53,586 nt of DNA, filler included, from Sphacelaria rigidula (GCA_964200075.2; 3 parts of 3 records of this genome joined end to end with filler, not necessarily neighbours in it), one strand, 5' to 3'; counted from the whole stretch's first letter, positions 1 through 22,700 are shown. Notes: generated by a model not told the origin, from the letters alone. Numbers and translations: made by a program.

Positions 1-2303
1 ATCTGGCTTTCGCGCCATAGCGGCTGTGTTACCTTACAGCTTCGCCCAAGATACAGGAAGCCATGGCAGCAGCAGAGGCAACCTTTCGCTCCTGCGTGCG
101 CAACCTGGGGCAAACGCACGCTGTAGCTACAACACGGAGAGCTTTACAAAATGATATCCTGCGTGCACGTTGACCGCAGATACAAGCGGTTGCGTGCATG
201 GTATAGCAAACTGCGTAGGACAGCGCGAAATCAATGCAGCACGGGGGTAGGCTGAGGATATGGCGTTCTGTGGTGTGCTTTGTCACCCTGCACCCTGCCG
301 CTGTGCAGTGAGTAGGTGGTACCACCGAAGGCGCAACGTCGCACTTGGTACGCAGTGTCGAACACATAGCAGCAAACAACATATTTCACGTGAAACAGAC
401 GAGGATGCGTGTTTCAAGATCGATGCGCACAGAGAGGGACCCGCATCTAAAAAACCCTGCACCAACTCGCCCTGTTTCAGTGGATACATGAACCTTTTCA
501 GCAAAAACGCTTGCAACGTGTGCTGTGATGAACGTCATGCGTCATGCAGCTTTCTCCCATGTGCGGCATCGCCTGTGAAGCGAGCTGTTGAAGCCAACAG
601 TGCCCAATCCTCTTTCCACGATGACCTCCTCTCTGAACTCGAGATAATTGAAACTGCGAAACATTACTTCAACTAGTAGAACGTACACCTCACCGTGGTT
701 AAAGCTTCCATATTATCGAAAAGGAATAAAATTGCACGTCAAAACTGTGACAAAGCAACACAGATGACCCGTGCTGGGGGTGCCCGTCTACATAGGTCGA
801 GACAAAGTCGATCGAAAACTTACAGTACAGTACAGCAACAAAATGTTTCATATTACGGTACGGTGTTGACTTCTCTCCCCCACCCGCTGCGTTCGTTCCG
901 TTTGTCGATGGGTATCATCAAGGATCAGAGTACACCAAACCCTTCGACACCGTCATCCCTTCCTACCTCCATTTGCAAAAAAAAAGTCCTTCGGCTGCGG
1001 TGGGCATTCATTTTGAAGTAAATAGTACGCCCATACAAGCACAACTCACCCATCATGAGGTGGCTGCCGTCTGTGTAAATAGACAAAGCCGAAGTGCACG
1101 GTACAGCACAGTACATCAGTACAGTACAACGCAGTACAGTACTCACCAATGTTCTCTTTGTGCCCCCCACCCCGTTCCTCCCTTTTTCTGTGGGTATCAT
1201 CGAGTATCGGATTACTACTTTGGAGAGCGTCACCTCTTCCCGCTCGCTCTAAAAGTGACGGTTTATCGCCAGGGTGGTGTCTCGTGTTCACTTTTCAAGT
1301 CAAAATCTCTAGAGGCGGTCGCCTCTTCCTACAATAACCGGCTCTAAGGTTGAACTCTCCGACCTCCGATTGGGTCATCTCGGTTTTGCATACATTTTTC
1401 AAGTGAAAAATTGCCGATACAACATATGACCGACCCTGGGGTGAGTGGAGGGTGAGTGACACTTGTCCGTGTATTCCCGACGTACAAGCTCAAGTCGCAG
1501 CGAACGGAGGCTGTGGAGGCGGTACGGCGAACATGGCGGTACCAGCACAATCAACACAGACGAAGAGGAAAGCGTGATTCGGTCACCATGATGTTGTCTG
1601 TACCAGTACACGCCATGATGTTTACACTGGGTTCCCTGTGCGGCGGTGTACACAAGCGGCGGCGCTTTCCTCAACAGGAAGTGTCTGAGAGTATCATATT
1701 TGCGCATGCGCACGTACCGAACTAGAGTTACCCCGCGACCGATTAAGACCTGCCCCCCGACATTTCTGCCCGAGCCTCTTCTGCCTGTGATTATTTTTTA
1801 CTTGTATATATTGGGGACGGTGCGTTGCTCAGAACACTCCATCGAGGGATAGGTTTTATCCGGGTGGTTCTCCACGGTTACGTGCGCGATTCGAGCGCCG
1901 GTTGTTGCGTTGGGTGCTCCCAACCCCAATGCATCATGCTGCCGCGTCCATTTCAGGGGATGTCCCCCGATCAGATCAGTGAGCCGGAAATTATATACAT
2001 TTTCAGGTTTAAAGTGTACGGCTTCAAAGCAGGAGGACAAGACCACGGCTATAGGGTGCGTGTGGATGGTCAGCAACAGGATGCAGGGTGTAACAGGGAG
2101 GGTGTTGCCTGCACGCGCGACCAACCCATCAAGAGATTGGGTTGTAAAAGCAAGTATATTTGGGCGGAGCATCCTAGGACAACAAAGGAAAAGGGGAATT
2201 TTCGTCTGTGGTCGTTATGATTTCCTCGAACAGCCCTCTCACTTTTTTCGCCCCGATTAGCATGTCTAGCTGTACCGTACAGCTTTTGTACTGCATTGTA
2301 CTA

Positions 2304-3118
2304 CTGTTATCACCGTGAATGGGGCCCGATTTGGGGCACTATATACCGGGAAAATGGACCGACCAACTCCACAGTCAGTTGAGTGCAGAAGAAATGAAAC
2401 CTAAATGGCCCAATCAGTATCAATCACAAGTACACGCGTCACTCGAAATGACGACGGCGCTCATACAAAATGTACTATTGCTTTAGTACATTCTACAACA
2501 CACCTGTGACTGACGTTGCTGTACACCTGCACACAGGGTTACCACAACAGGAGGATAGAAGCTGCTGCTCGTGTTTTTGTCGTGCTCCTCTTGCTGCAGT
2601 ATGCTGTTGAGCTTACCTTTCAACGCAACTTTCTCGGCAACGAAGCAGAGGATTGGACTGCGGTTTGATGCATGCGCTTTCCACACACCAGAACTATTCC
2701 GTGTGGCAGCAGGTTTCCGTAACGCGTGCCGCGGAGGCCACGGCACTTTGCAAACCGCTGCACCAAACATGAAATGTACTGGAAACGCGTTTTCTCCAAC
2801 GTTCTGGGGCTTTTCGGATCCGCTGGGGCGAACTGAGCAACTCCGCCGCCACACTGAATAGGTCTAGTGTGTGTGCGGGGGGTTGTGAAGTGCCACAGGC
2901 CGGTTTGCTTTCTGTCTCGAGAACCACGCGATTAAAAAATCACAGCTGTCGCATACTAAACCTAGGTAACTTGAGATGGAGCGTGTGTTATGTTCGGCAC
3001 AGGTTCGGCACAGGTCCGAAGAGTCTATGACGTCTTCATTACGTCTTCAATATCTCTTCGCGTTCATAATATTTTTTGTGGGTTTTGGTCGGTGAGGCTT
3101 CATTCACGGGCATAACTG
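2304..3118 (+). mobile_element. Non-autonomous TIR element (family A, ~815 bp, Tc1/mariner-like termini), copy 1
   Basis: Left end ta|ctgttatcaccgtgaatggggcc versus reverse complement of right end cagttatgcccgtgaatgaagcc. The body aligns with 16454-17257 and, inverted, with 48303-49077. Confidence 0.8.
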
Positions 3119-3657
3119 TTGTTGTACACTCTGTTTTAGTTCGGCTTTGTCTGTAGCCACCCCCAGGGTGGGTCATCTGCATTGGAATAGTCTTTTCTTG
3201 AAAAGTAAATAATCAGTACTACTATGAGCAATGCACCTGCCGCAGTGTGTGTGATTAGCGCAGAAGGCCTTCTTGGATTCTCTTGGAACCGACCGGACGG
3301 ATCCTTTGCTTTTGACTGGCTAGGTTGATTTGTCCATCAGGAAGAGGCAGGACCCCTTTGGGGAAAAATTTCCTGTATGTTTTGTGAGCGATTCGCATCC
3401 TCAGGCGGGATCTTATCGGGAGCGATCATTACTTCAAAAAAATCAACTTTGGAGAAGTGATTGCCAGTGCTGCGTCTTATCGACAAGCAGTGTTGTCCGG
3501 ATCAAAGCCCTTATCTACACACAGGTGAGAAATGCGGCGGTTCTGGAAGTGGACGTTAGTCCGATATATCTGTACTACTGTGGACAAGACGCAACGAGGT
3601 AACATAGCGCCGACACACCGAGCCACGTAAACCAACGCTTGACACCCAACCACTCAC

Positions 3658-4940
3658 GCGCATTAGCTCAAGCGCTAGCTCTTCATCATCTACACACGAC
3701 AGTCTTTGACAGAAATCCGTCCAGTATTGGATGAGAGGCGGTCGCGTGCGTATCAAATAGCAACCGAAAACGTGCTGTTGCTGACTGTTCTTGAGCGTTT
3801 GCTGTACGCGCGTCTCACGCTAATCATCATTCCTCACTGAATCCTGAGCCGGTTTGAGTAATGTCACGCACAGCATGCTCAGCTGATGAGCGGCAATGAA
3901 TGGAGTGGCGTGTTTTGGTTTGGGAGGGCAATGCGATCCTCAGGTTCACGTTTAATTGTGTTGACTTGTCTGTCAAGCCTTTGGTTATGCCCCTGTCAAC
4001 GGGATGTTTCATGTTCCCGCTTTAGGTGTCACAAAATCACTTTCGCAAAAGCGATTTTTTGGCACTTTTTTTTTTTTCTGGGGGGGGGGGGGTCTGGTAT
4101 TGTAGAAACCAATCATCGGTCATTTTTTACAAAAGTGATTTTTTGAAAAGTGACCATCGCCTCTGATAGGACCCCGCCTCAACTGTACCATAAAGGCGTA
4201 TAATTAAATAATGCGTTTTCAAATGATACCGAACGCCAACGTGAACCCGCCTCATCCCTATAGATCCACAGTAAACTAGATTCTTGTGACCCAGCAAGTC
4301 CGATACACTTCTCTGTGTGTGTATTATCAAAGCCTTGCAAAAACATGGCATCATCATTCTTGTCTTAACGGTAAGATTTCACATATGTGAACCTGTATCG
4401 TCGACTAGTCCTTTCTACCGTTACGCGAAGTCGCATGCCTGGCTACTCGCTGTTGTCATCGATGATGTTGAACTGGTTGTTCTGTTCGGATAGAGATCTC
4501 AGAATGAACCCCGCAATATAGCTGCAAGTTACAGCAGTGCTGTAATTCGTATCTCACCGCTTCTTGCATACGATCTTCGGTGCGTTGCAGAGGCTCCATC
4601 GTCGTGGCACCGAACAAGACGACTGTGGGCTATGGACATGGGTGGGGCAGTACAAACGCTGTGTGTTTTCCTCATCACACTAGACTACTTTCCATTGCTA
4701 AATCCCGTTGGCCGGAAAGTAGACTGTACATATCCCACGTTTACTTGTCCATCAGTACACGAGCTCACCGACCTTGCAGAACGACATACTAAAAGCGTTA
4801 GAAGAATATCTCAAAAAATCTTTATATATCATTTCTATGTAGGTACCCCAACGCGCAAGCATCTCGCGAGACGAGCGCGTCATCGAGTAACGGCTTAGCT
4901 TTCACCAAGTACAGATTATACTCCTACCGGACTTTTTCAT
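3658..4940 (-). CDS. Putative small spliced orphan gene or lncRNA (unknown product)
   Basis: Four phase-compatible minus-strand segments with good splice sites: 4940-4928 (ATG), 4834-4769, 4622-4558, 3801-3658. They give MKKSEMIYKDFLRYSSNAFSMSFCKVVVLFGATTMEPLQRTEDRMQEAQTLKNSQQQHVFGCYLIRTRPPLIQYWTDFCQRLSCVDDEELALELMR. No recognisable domain. Confidence 0.3.
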
Positions 4941-6801
4941 AGTAAAATAGTATATAAAACGGGGATACTTGCATAATCTATACTGTCGGCCATTTTCCAC
5001 TGGTCGATACGAGACCTATTGCCCCGCAAATTCGTGGTTGCGCCGCACAGTGCCTCCAAAATGCGACACACATAACCAGCGCGTCGCGGCGCGGCTGGAG
5101 ATGGGTGATGGGCAATGGTCGCCATGGTGAGTGACGGGCTTGCTAGCTTTCGCTGAGATTTTTTGTTGATAAATTTCGGGGGGAATGAAATATCCGTAGA
5201 CATTCTGTCAAGAGTTGTAATTGACACGACAACGAACATGAACATGAAACCCTCACACAAACCGCACACACGCACTGAGGTGCTTCCATACCTCATATTA
5301 GGAAAAATGCCGCACAAAAACACCACACCACAGAGTTGAGAAGCTTGTCACATCCATGTATGAAATGAGATGAGGAAGTTCGGGTCAGGCGTGTTTCTCG
5401 TATTCAAATATCAAGTGACATGCAAAATGTGCAAAGTTGGTCAACCCATGATCAGTTTAAATCATTATACCCCCATGTCTTGCTGTTTTTTACGTGCTAG
5501 GGCAAAGAGTGGTATGACGAAGTGTCAACCATCAAGCATCAACTACTGCACCAGAGGCAGAAGCCCTGTCGGGCTCGATGTGCCTATTACATGCCATCCA
5601 TCAATCCAAGTGCTATTGTGTGTCTTGTTGCTACTTGTCTTCGTACTTATACGCTGCCCGTACTTGCATTGCAGGTTGCGAATAAATACAGATTCAGTTC
5701 CTTTTTGCAGCCGTAAGTGGTGAGAGTTTTCGGATTTCGCTTCGTGCGCCACGCAGTTGTCCTTGACATCTCAGCCGCGGTCAAGAGCAACTAGCGTACC
5801 TCGTAAAGGTCTATGGAGCGCCAACAATGCCGGGCTAGCAATGGGCATTGCGGTCGCGTTGAACAGGCGCGATCGCTGCTGGCACCCACAGCTGCTCGCC
5901 AAAATCATGAACGTTTTTGCGGCAGATTCAAGCGTGCAGACCGTGAAAGCACGTTTTCCCTGACCACGATGCTGTCGGGCAGCAGGTTGTCTACGTCGCC
6001 TGTAATGCTGAGTATAGTGTATACGCCGGCTCTAACGCTGGTGACTAAAGTTCATCTTGGACTCGGGGCGATGGATGCGACGCCCTCTCTCTGGTGAAAT
6101 CATATTTGACCTCGACGTATTGACACGTGTCTGCTCGAATGTTTGTACCATTTCTGGTGAGCTGGGCTCCGTCATGTGTATCATATTTCAAAGCTTCGTA
6201 CACAAAAGCGCCTGATATAGATGACCTTCGGCTTACAATGATGCCGCCCGAACCAAACGCCAACCGTTGTTGTCACCTTTTATATCTGTTTGAATGTCAA
6301 CACAGAAAAGTGGTGAACAGGTGTGAGACTAGCGATGCTCTGCGTACTCGACTATATGTTTTAAACACACAGGGCGTTGAAGTGGCAATTTATGGGCGTC
6401 GATGTACTTTCAGGCCTTCAGTTCGAGTGAAGGTTAGCTGACTGTTTGCGCGGTGTACATTGCAAGCCATTCCCGAGTTGCGGCCCTTTCCAGACACCCC
6501 GTTGATTGAGATCATCGTAACCCTCAGACACGGCATCTTGTGTGCGTCGTGTTGAAATAGTACTGTATAGTATGGTGCGTACTAGTCAAGCTACACCCTG
6601 TTATTTTGTACGGGACAAGATGTGTGCGTGCGCACGTGCAGCAGGTCAATCTTTGAGGTATGCTTTGTTACGTGGAAATCGAACGTACTGCTCAGGTTAT
6701 TCCTGCTACATTCTTGAGAGTATGCCACAACCCAACCTTGTTTATTCTCGCCCTTGGACCACTGCTTCCCGCCATCATGTCAATCAATCCTCGTGGGGCA
6801 G

Positions 6802-15575
<8,774 letters not shown>

Positions 15576-16333
15576 GTGGGCGACGGTGAAATTTTTCCAG
15601 GGGGGGCGGGGGAGGAGGGAGTGCTGTGCTTTATAACACAAAACAGATGAGAAACTTTTCACTGCACGGTGCTGGGTATGATTTCTGTAACAACTAATCA
15701 TTATATGGACACCATCCTGTACTGTACTGTCAACCTGTACTACCTGTTGTTTTATTGCCGCATTGTAGCACGCTTGATGCTGCACGGCACTGGACACTTT
15801 CTCCTCCCATTGGAATACTACCGTTTAACCTAGGGTTCAAAGTGTGAGGGGAAAAAAACAACAACTATGACCTGAAAAGTGAATGTTGACACATATTTCA
15901 GGGAAGAGGATGACGTGTGACATTATCATGAACCGCGGAAAGCATCAGGGAGTGCGTAAAGTGATGGGACAATTTATTGTAATAATCATGATACCTGCGA
16001 AGCGCTTGTTTCTGCTGTGCGATACGATAGAAGAATGGTTAGTAGAGAGTTTCGGGGGAAAAATCATTTCATTTCAGAATCAGAACGGAAGAACTTCAGA
16101 GTGGAAGCTTCCAAAAACTTGAAAATGGAAGGTGAAAACTTCAGGACGGAAGCTGATGTGACGTGGCTACTTTATTGTTCGCGGTGATTGGCCGTAGGTT
16201 GCCCCGACAAATGTGCGATCGACCAGCTTCCGATTCGAAAATGCATAGGTCAGCACAGCACTCCACAATACTTGTAGCGAGTTTGTAGTACAGACAATAT
16301 ATCATTCCTGTATTGTGCCCGACCCTGCGGAAT

Positions 16334-16368
16334 CGTACCGTACCGTACCGTACCGTACCGTACCGTAC
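16334..16368. repeat. (GTACC)n pentanucleotide microsatellite
   Basis: cgtaccgtaccgtaccgtaccgtaccgtaccgtac. Confidence 0.9.
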
Positions 16369-16453
16369 ACTATGCTTCAACGCACTTGCACTACTTCACT
16401 GCACTACATTGAAGTATACAGTAAGGTGCAGTGCAGTGCAGGACTGCACAGTA

Positions 16454-17257
16454 CAGTTATGGGTTGAAAATGGGGGGCCGATTTTGGGTGCTATATTTCG
16501 GGAAAGTGTGCACCGATCACTGTATGCATAAGAAAAGGACCGTACAATCGGGCCAATAGTACCAATCACAAATACACACGTCACCTAAAATAATGGCTAC
16601 GCTCACACAAAACATCCTATAATTGTCGTACATTCTACGACAAACCTGTGACTGACGTTGCCGTATATTTGTACACGGGGTTCGAACAGCAGGAGGATAG
16701 GAACACTGCTGCTCGTGTTGTTGTTGTTGTTGTTGTTGTTGTGCCCCTCTTGTTGCAGTATCTTGTTGTGCCGATTTTTAACGCGGTTATCTCGGAAACA
16801 AAGCGGAGGATTGGACTGCGGTTTTTCGCGTGCGCTTCCCACACGCCCAATCTACGTCGCGCCTTTACGCGATTGCCTTCGCGCGTGGTACTAAGCCGCA
16901 ACAAACCCAAATATACATGAAGAAGGTGTTTTTCAGCTTGTGGAGCTTTTCGGGTCCGCTGTGGCGAATTGAGCAAAGGGGGTAACGGCTTGGCCAAGCT
17001 GTTGTGTGTATGCGGGCGGCTATGAAGTGCCGCGGGCTGGGTTGCTCGCTGTGTCGAGAAACTCGCGATAGAACGTGCTACATCTGTCGCATACTAAACC
17101 GAGTTAATAAGGGATGGAGCTTGTGTTCTGTTCGTGTTCTGCTCGGCAGAGGTGTGACCACCTGATGACGTGTTCATTACTCCTCCGTGTTTTTTGTGTT
17201 TTTGTTTTCGGGACACGTTGTTTTGGTAGTTGGGCCCCGCATTCCGACCCGTAACAG
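16454..17257 (+). mobile_element. Family A TIR element, diverged copy 2
   Basis: Left ta|cagttatgggttgaaaatggggggcc; right reverse complement ctgttacgggtcggaatgcggggccc. Shares internal blocks with copy 1 (cctgtgactgacgttgc, ggaggattggactgcggttt, ctgtcgcatactaaacc). Contains a (GTT)n expansion at about 16717-16740. Confidence 0.8.
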
Positions 17258-17745
17258 TGCAGTACAACAGTGCGATGCAGAACCCTCCAGTAGTCACATT
17301 GCGTGGGGTAAGGTACAGCGATACCGTAAATGCAGCACGGAAGCACTCCTGAAGAACAAAGCCGCACCGTAACGATTTTGCAGCATGACGCCCATAGCAG
17401 TGGTGCAAGACGCCATGACCTCTAACGGATTGGCAGTGCGGTCAGGCGCCGCACAGCTTGTGCGCTGTAGGCCACGAATCGCTCACACCGTCTTACAGCT
17501 GAGGCTGCCAATAGTGAGCACAGCTGTACACAAGGCAACGTCTTGTGCGCGCCGGGCATATCCATTTCACGCAACACAACCGAGCGAATGCCGACACCAT
17601 GGCGGCGGCAGGCAGGTCCCCTATCTGCGATGCCAAACGTTGCTGCTTCGTGACGGTCCATAGTGATGAGCATAGCACTTGTGATGGATGTCCCACGTTG
17701 CTTGTCAGGTTATGTTGGTTGTGAACCCGCTGTGACCGTGGTGTT

Positions 17746-18180
17746 GGGGGTGTACTCATGATCATGCATGCCATAGTCATGAGACCACTGACCTCGCATC
17801 CCNNNNNNNNNNNNNNNNNNNNNNNNNNNNNNNNNNNNNNNNNNNNTTAATTAATTAANNNNNNNNNNNNNNNNNNNNNNNNNNNNNNNNNNNNNNNNNN
17901 NNACCTCGCATCCCTACAAAACCGGGCCGGAGCACGTCGGGTTTTCGCCGGACTAGGCTCTTCCTGAAATCACCAAGCGCGAAGCGCCGTGGTGTGTTCG
18001 GCGAGTCGCATGAAGGGTGAGCTGCATCCTGCTTTTAGATTGTTCGGCCCGAAGCCCACTGATTATCCTGCATTTGGATGACAGTCAACAATGAGTTGCT
18101 TTATTTTCTGGTATCGTCACTTCCAGAGACAGCCACGGCTTACACACTGCCTTATGGGTGCGTCACTGGGGGAGGGGGGG
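17746..18180 (-). repeat. Family B ~300-bp interspersed repeat, full-length copy interrupted by an assembly gap
   Basis: Reverse complement matches 28250-28554 and 49892-50158 (ccgtggctgtctct.gaagtg, gggcttcgggccgaacaatc, gcaggatgcagctcacccttca, gggatgcgaggtca, gcatgcatgatcatgagtac). G-runs on both flanks. Confidence 0.8.
17803..17902. other. Artificial scaffold linker/gap (N44-TTAATTAATTAA-N44)
   Basis: Exactly 100 bp with a six-frame stop 12-mer at the centre. Confidence 0.97.
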
Positions 18181-19765
18181 CTACATGTCTGAAAATCTTC
18201 TCCGCGCTGCCCCCTGGTGGATACGAAGATTTTAATTCTCCGGGTTTCTCATCCTCAACAAAAAAATCCATCCCCAATTTGTAGATCCCGTGTTCGAAGC
18301 GGATGTTTTCAGTGTGTGCACATGCGTGTGTATGCTCCTTGCGCTCCTTTGCATAAGGAATAACGTGCGTCTCCAGTCTTCGCTGCGTGACACTACCTGT
18401 CACTCGGGGCTGAGATAATGGTCGCAAGGCGTCAATACTGCCGCCGATCCTGTAATAAGTAGATTCCGGTACGCTCTGACTCAGTAAAAAAAAAAATGAA
18501 TGAGAAAAGAGACAGAGGAAGAACAACACAAATAATAATGGTAATGGAGCGGCGCGGCATTTACGCCAATAATACATTTATTTGGTACCCGATTCCGAGA
18601 ACCCCTCCCGCAGTAGAGGAAATATGGTAGTCATGATCGTAGCATATCATAGTCTGTATGTTTCGCGGGTAGCTGTTGAGATCAGCTAACGCCGGCCAGA
18701 GTCTCAGCCGCCTCTCTGCCGCCCACTTCAATAGCTTAGACACAGAACGGTACTCTAGTAGTGCTATATTTCCCCCCCTTCTTCCTTTCATGAACAGTTC
18801 AGAATCAGCCGCTATGCATGTCGACCAACCCAAGAAGACACGGAATTTACATTTTCGCCGAAATCGAACGGTTAGATCAGGAATTGCCCACTCCCTCCCG
18901 TTCCGTGGAGGTCACGATGTGTGTGGGTTACACTATGTTTTTTTCGCGCTCCACCTTTCTTCTGGGGGTTACACCTGTCTCGGGGTGCTTGCCTTACTGT
19001 CTCTTATTATCGCGAGAAGAAGGGTTGATTTCAGTGACTCCTTTAATACCTCGTCGACCGTGGAGTCGAACGTTGTTTACCCGTGTCATGTACGAGTGTT
19101 CGCTCTTCACTACTGTTGGGCATGATATATATGAGGAAAATATCCCAGATCGTGTGACTTTACCGAGATTCAGATTGACGTCCCAACCGTCAAGGTTTAG
19201 GTTATTCTTCGAGGATATACATACAGTACCGTACCAACATACCACCTGAGTCACCGGGGCGACCGGTTTCACCTGCATGCAAGAGATACAAGAGCCGATC
19301 TTGTGGGCACATGCGTGCCAACACATTGCTCCGAAGATTGATACTGTGCTTTACCGTCTGTTCGTTTCAGTACACCACAACCAAAATTTCGGTTTAAGTA
19401 GCCCTGCGTGGAGAAGTATCCACCGAAATTTGAGTATGTGTGCACATGATATATAACGTAAGGTCGCGGTAGATACCTTAACAGAGCAGGTCATTGCGTC
19501 AGTGTGCTTTCTTGTGCGGGTTACAACGTGAGCAAACGGCCACTCTCCCATCGCGCCACGCCTCAGTCCATTTCCCCACCTCCTTGCTGACTGCCAGTTA
19601 CCTCTGTACTTCCCAAGGGACGCGTGCTCAACAGGCACAGACCGCGAAGTACACGGTACGAGTGCTTAGCTTCTACAGAGGCAGCGCCACCGCCTGGCGC
19701 CAGACAGTCGGCGAAACACTATTTCCAGCTGAGCGCCCGAGATTCTACGGGGCACCTATACAGCC

Positions 19766-22700
19766 ATGCGTGCAACTGCCGCTGGTGGTGTTGCTCTGGT
19801 CGGACTCCTGTCTTGCCTGAACTGGAGCGCGGTCGAGGCACATCCTCTGTGTTACTTCAACGACAGACAAACCGATCCCTCCGAGGAGCTCACCTTTTGC
19901 CCTCCCGCGCAGGATGGAGCTTGCTGCAAAGATGACGAGGAGGCAATGGTTCAAGCAATTTTCGAGGAGGCTGGGGCTTTGACCCCAGAGTGCGCCGATT
20001 ACTACAAACAGGTCAGAAAAGTGACGTGCCTCTTCTGACCTTTTATTCACACTGCTTCATTTCACCGTAACGAGAAAGTGTGTGCTGAGGGAGGCGGGTG
20101 TTGTGTGGGTGCCGTGTGTTAGTCGTCGAGAGGTGGCATCGGCGGAATGCACGCAGCACCAAAACATCAACCGGTGACGAAGCTGCAAATAAATGATTTC
20201 ATTCTCTCTGCTATCGCCACTTCCGACGTGCGAAGTCGATCCGCACGGATATAAAGCACATGATCTTTTTTTTCTCGCGCCAGAGATGAATCATGTGGGC
20301 ACATGTGCAGAGGTGGAGAACACGAGGGACGGTAGGGCATGAGCATGTGTGCGTAGATATGGCTACCGCTGCATGGTTCAGCTGTCGGGGCTTCGTTGCA
20401 CGCTCAACTCGACGGAGATGATCTAGCGACACGGGAATCCATTCTCCGAACCCCGCGCTGAGCTGTGTGTGCCGTGGTTGTTGATATTTTCTGCAGTAGA
20501 GTTTACCCGCGTTAGCCTACAAGAATGTTCATGGTTGTATCACCTGATTCGAGTTTGTACAAGGAGAATCAGATATTCAGTAGTGGTGACGATCCCGTGC
20601 GCTCCTCGCGTGCACGGAACACGTTTTTGTTGAAACCGACGCTACAGGTAATTGTGTTAGTCATTGACATGATGAGTAGCCCGGACGCCGGGAAAGGAGC
20701 CTCGTTTTTCCCCACCCCCTCCCGTGCGATATTAGTATCGAAAAGTTGACGCTGACGGGTTCACCGCGACTGAATTCGTGAGAGGACTGTCATCGAGCGA
20801 TGAAGTCCAAAGAGGATATCGCCTTCCCCTCCTTGTTTTTTCCGTTCACACCACGGTAGGTGCGGCTCACAATTGATCGAGTGCTCAATATTCACTTGTT
20901 GTACTGGATGGTTCAGCGAGCGGGAGATGCTCTACCTGAGAGTACGATATAATACATGTTTTTGTGCACGGGCGACACTGCACACTATGTCAAGCATGCT
21001 ATACCGCGAACTCAGCGTTCAGATTTTGTTGCTTCTCTTATGAAGATTATTATGAAGAACACAACAGATTCGAGTACTGTCATCGGATTCCACGGCAAAA
21101 CATACCTTGTTCTCATCGCATATCCCCCAATGTCATCGTATGGATCACCTCGGTGTGGAAGAAAACGTTTCCGAAGGACGTGGAGGCGGCTAAACTTTCT
21201 TGGCACACCACAGGGCTGTACCGGGATAATATGCGAGCAGCTAAAACAAGCAAGCCCTCAACAATTATTCTTCGAGAAGACAGCGTCCATCGCTTATGCT
21301 CTCGGCCCGGGATACCGCTTGCTTCCTGCGAACCATCTTGGACTTCAGTCGGTACCCCGCTGCTCGTTTGATCGACTGCACTATGCTCGATAGTGTGACG
21401 TTTTTTTTACCAGACCTCATCTAGTAATCCACAAAGAGCTCCATCGAAGGAGAAAACGAAACGAACCCGGACAGGAGACCTGCTCCGGGGCTATGTGTCC
21501 CACATGTGTGATATACGGATCCCGTGGCCCATACAACTCTTCTTTTGGATCTCTTCAGTGTATTTTATCCTCACTTGTCCAGCATGTCCAACTCACCTGG
21601 GTTGAGGTCATCACCCGACGACCCTCGCGCGCTCCCTAGGAAAGTTTCTACACACTTGACTATTCGGGTAAGGCGTGAGACTGCCACACTGTGTTTCACT
21701 CTGCGTGCGACGTGTGCTGTGCATTATTTTTCACCGCGTTTGCCGCATCAGAGTTGCTACAATCAAAGGGACGCTGATGCGCACACGCCGTAAATTGCCT
21801 TGCTCACCGGTGGGAACGTCACGGAGGGTCGATGAATGCAAATAAACGGCTCGACCACCCGACCGTTTCGTTGGCGAGCAGTATACTACAAATGAACGGT
21901 CCGTCAGCACTTCAACTATACTTGAACTAACTGTTCAGAAGCCCCATGAAAATATTCTTCGGGTTTCAGCCCGTGTGCCGTTCGATCTCGGGACAAAGCT
22001 ACTATTGATCCTCTGATTCTCAACGCCGTTGACCCCTAGACCCCGAGTGAGTCTGGAGCATGCATACTTTTTTTCACGTGAGATTGACGCCGATTCAACA
22101 GCAGACTAACCTCATTGTGTAAGGGTTGACTCCGAGGCAAGGACGGCTGCCGAGCAGCACCACCATCCCATTCGCGAACTCTACTCCCGACTAGAACCCT
22201 TTAGCTTGTGGTCCAAATGTTGTGTAGTTTACCTTGATGCCATAACCTCTGTTGTGGTGCCTGTACACTCACTCATCTGGTTCAACATTAATGCGGTTCG
22301 TTACCTCGGTAGGGCCGACCTGTCAGGGTGTCCTTGCTCGTCAAGATGACCTGTTTTTTCAAAACCCTGGACACGAATCGGCCTTTTTCTTGCGGATACG
22401 GACGTTTGAAATTACCGCGCCGATATTCATGGAACACGAACACCGAAGTGGGAGGGACATGTGCTCATCGAAAGGAGTGCGGAAAAGGCCCCCCCGGGAG
22501 GGTATGTATACGGGTTGGAGGAAGTGTCTTTGTCTTTATCTATGTCAACACTTGACATATCCGCCATACAGAGACGGGGGGGTACGATTCGTCAACGAAG
22601 AACGCCACACCCGTTTATTTCCTTCATACACGGAAGCACGGCTTGATCCTTCGTCGAGGAAAGCGCTCCTTGGCGTAGTGCGGGATACTGCCACACGCAC

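Noticed and set aside
2483-2927. Similar ORFs recurring at 2.5-2.9 kb, 16.6-17.0 kb and 48.5-49.0 kb
   Set aside because: They derive from family A repeat copies. Frames are not conserved and no transposase motif is present.
3238-3460. Minus-strand frame interrupted by a single TGA, considered for readthrough or selenocysteine
   Set aside because: No homology, no redox motif, no visible SECIS, and the exon status itself is unsupported.
5813-6097. Candidate first exon (MERQQ...) of the IQ/WW/B-box gene
   Set aside because: The plausible donor is weak and not phase-compatible with the 6802 acceptor, so the start is left unresolved.
17847-17858. Perfect palindrome TTAATTAATTAA (also at 35740-35751)
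   Set aside because: It is centred in N44 pads in both gaps: an artificial six-frame-stop linker, not biology.
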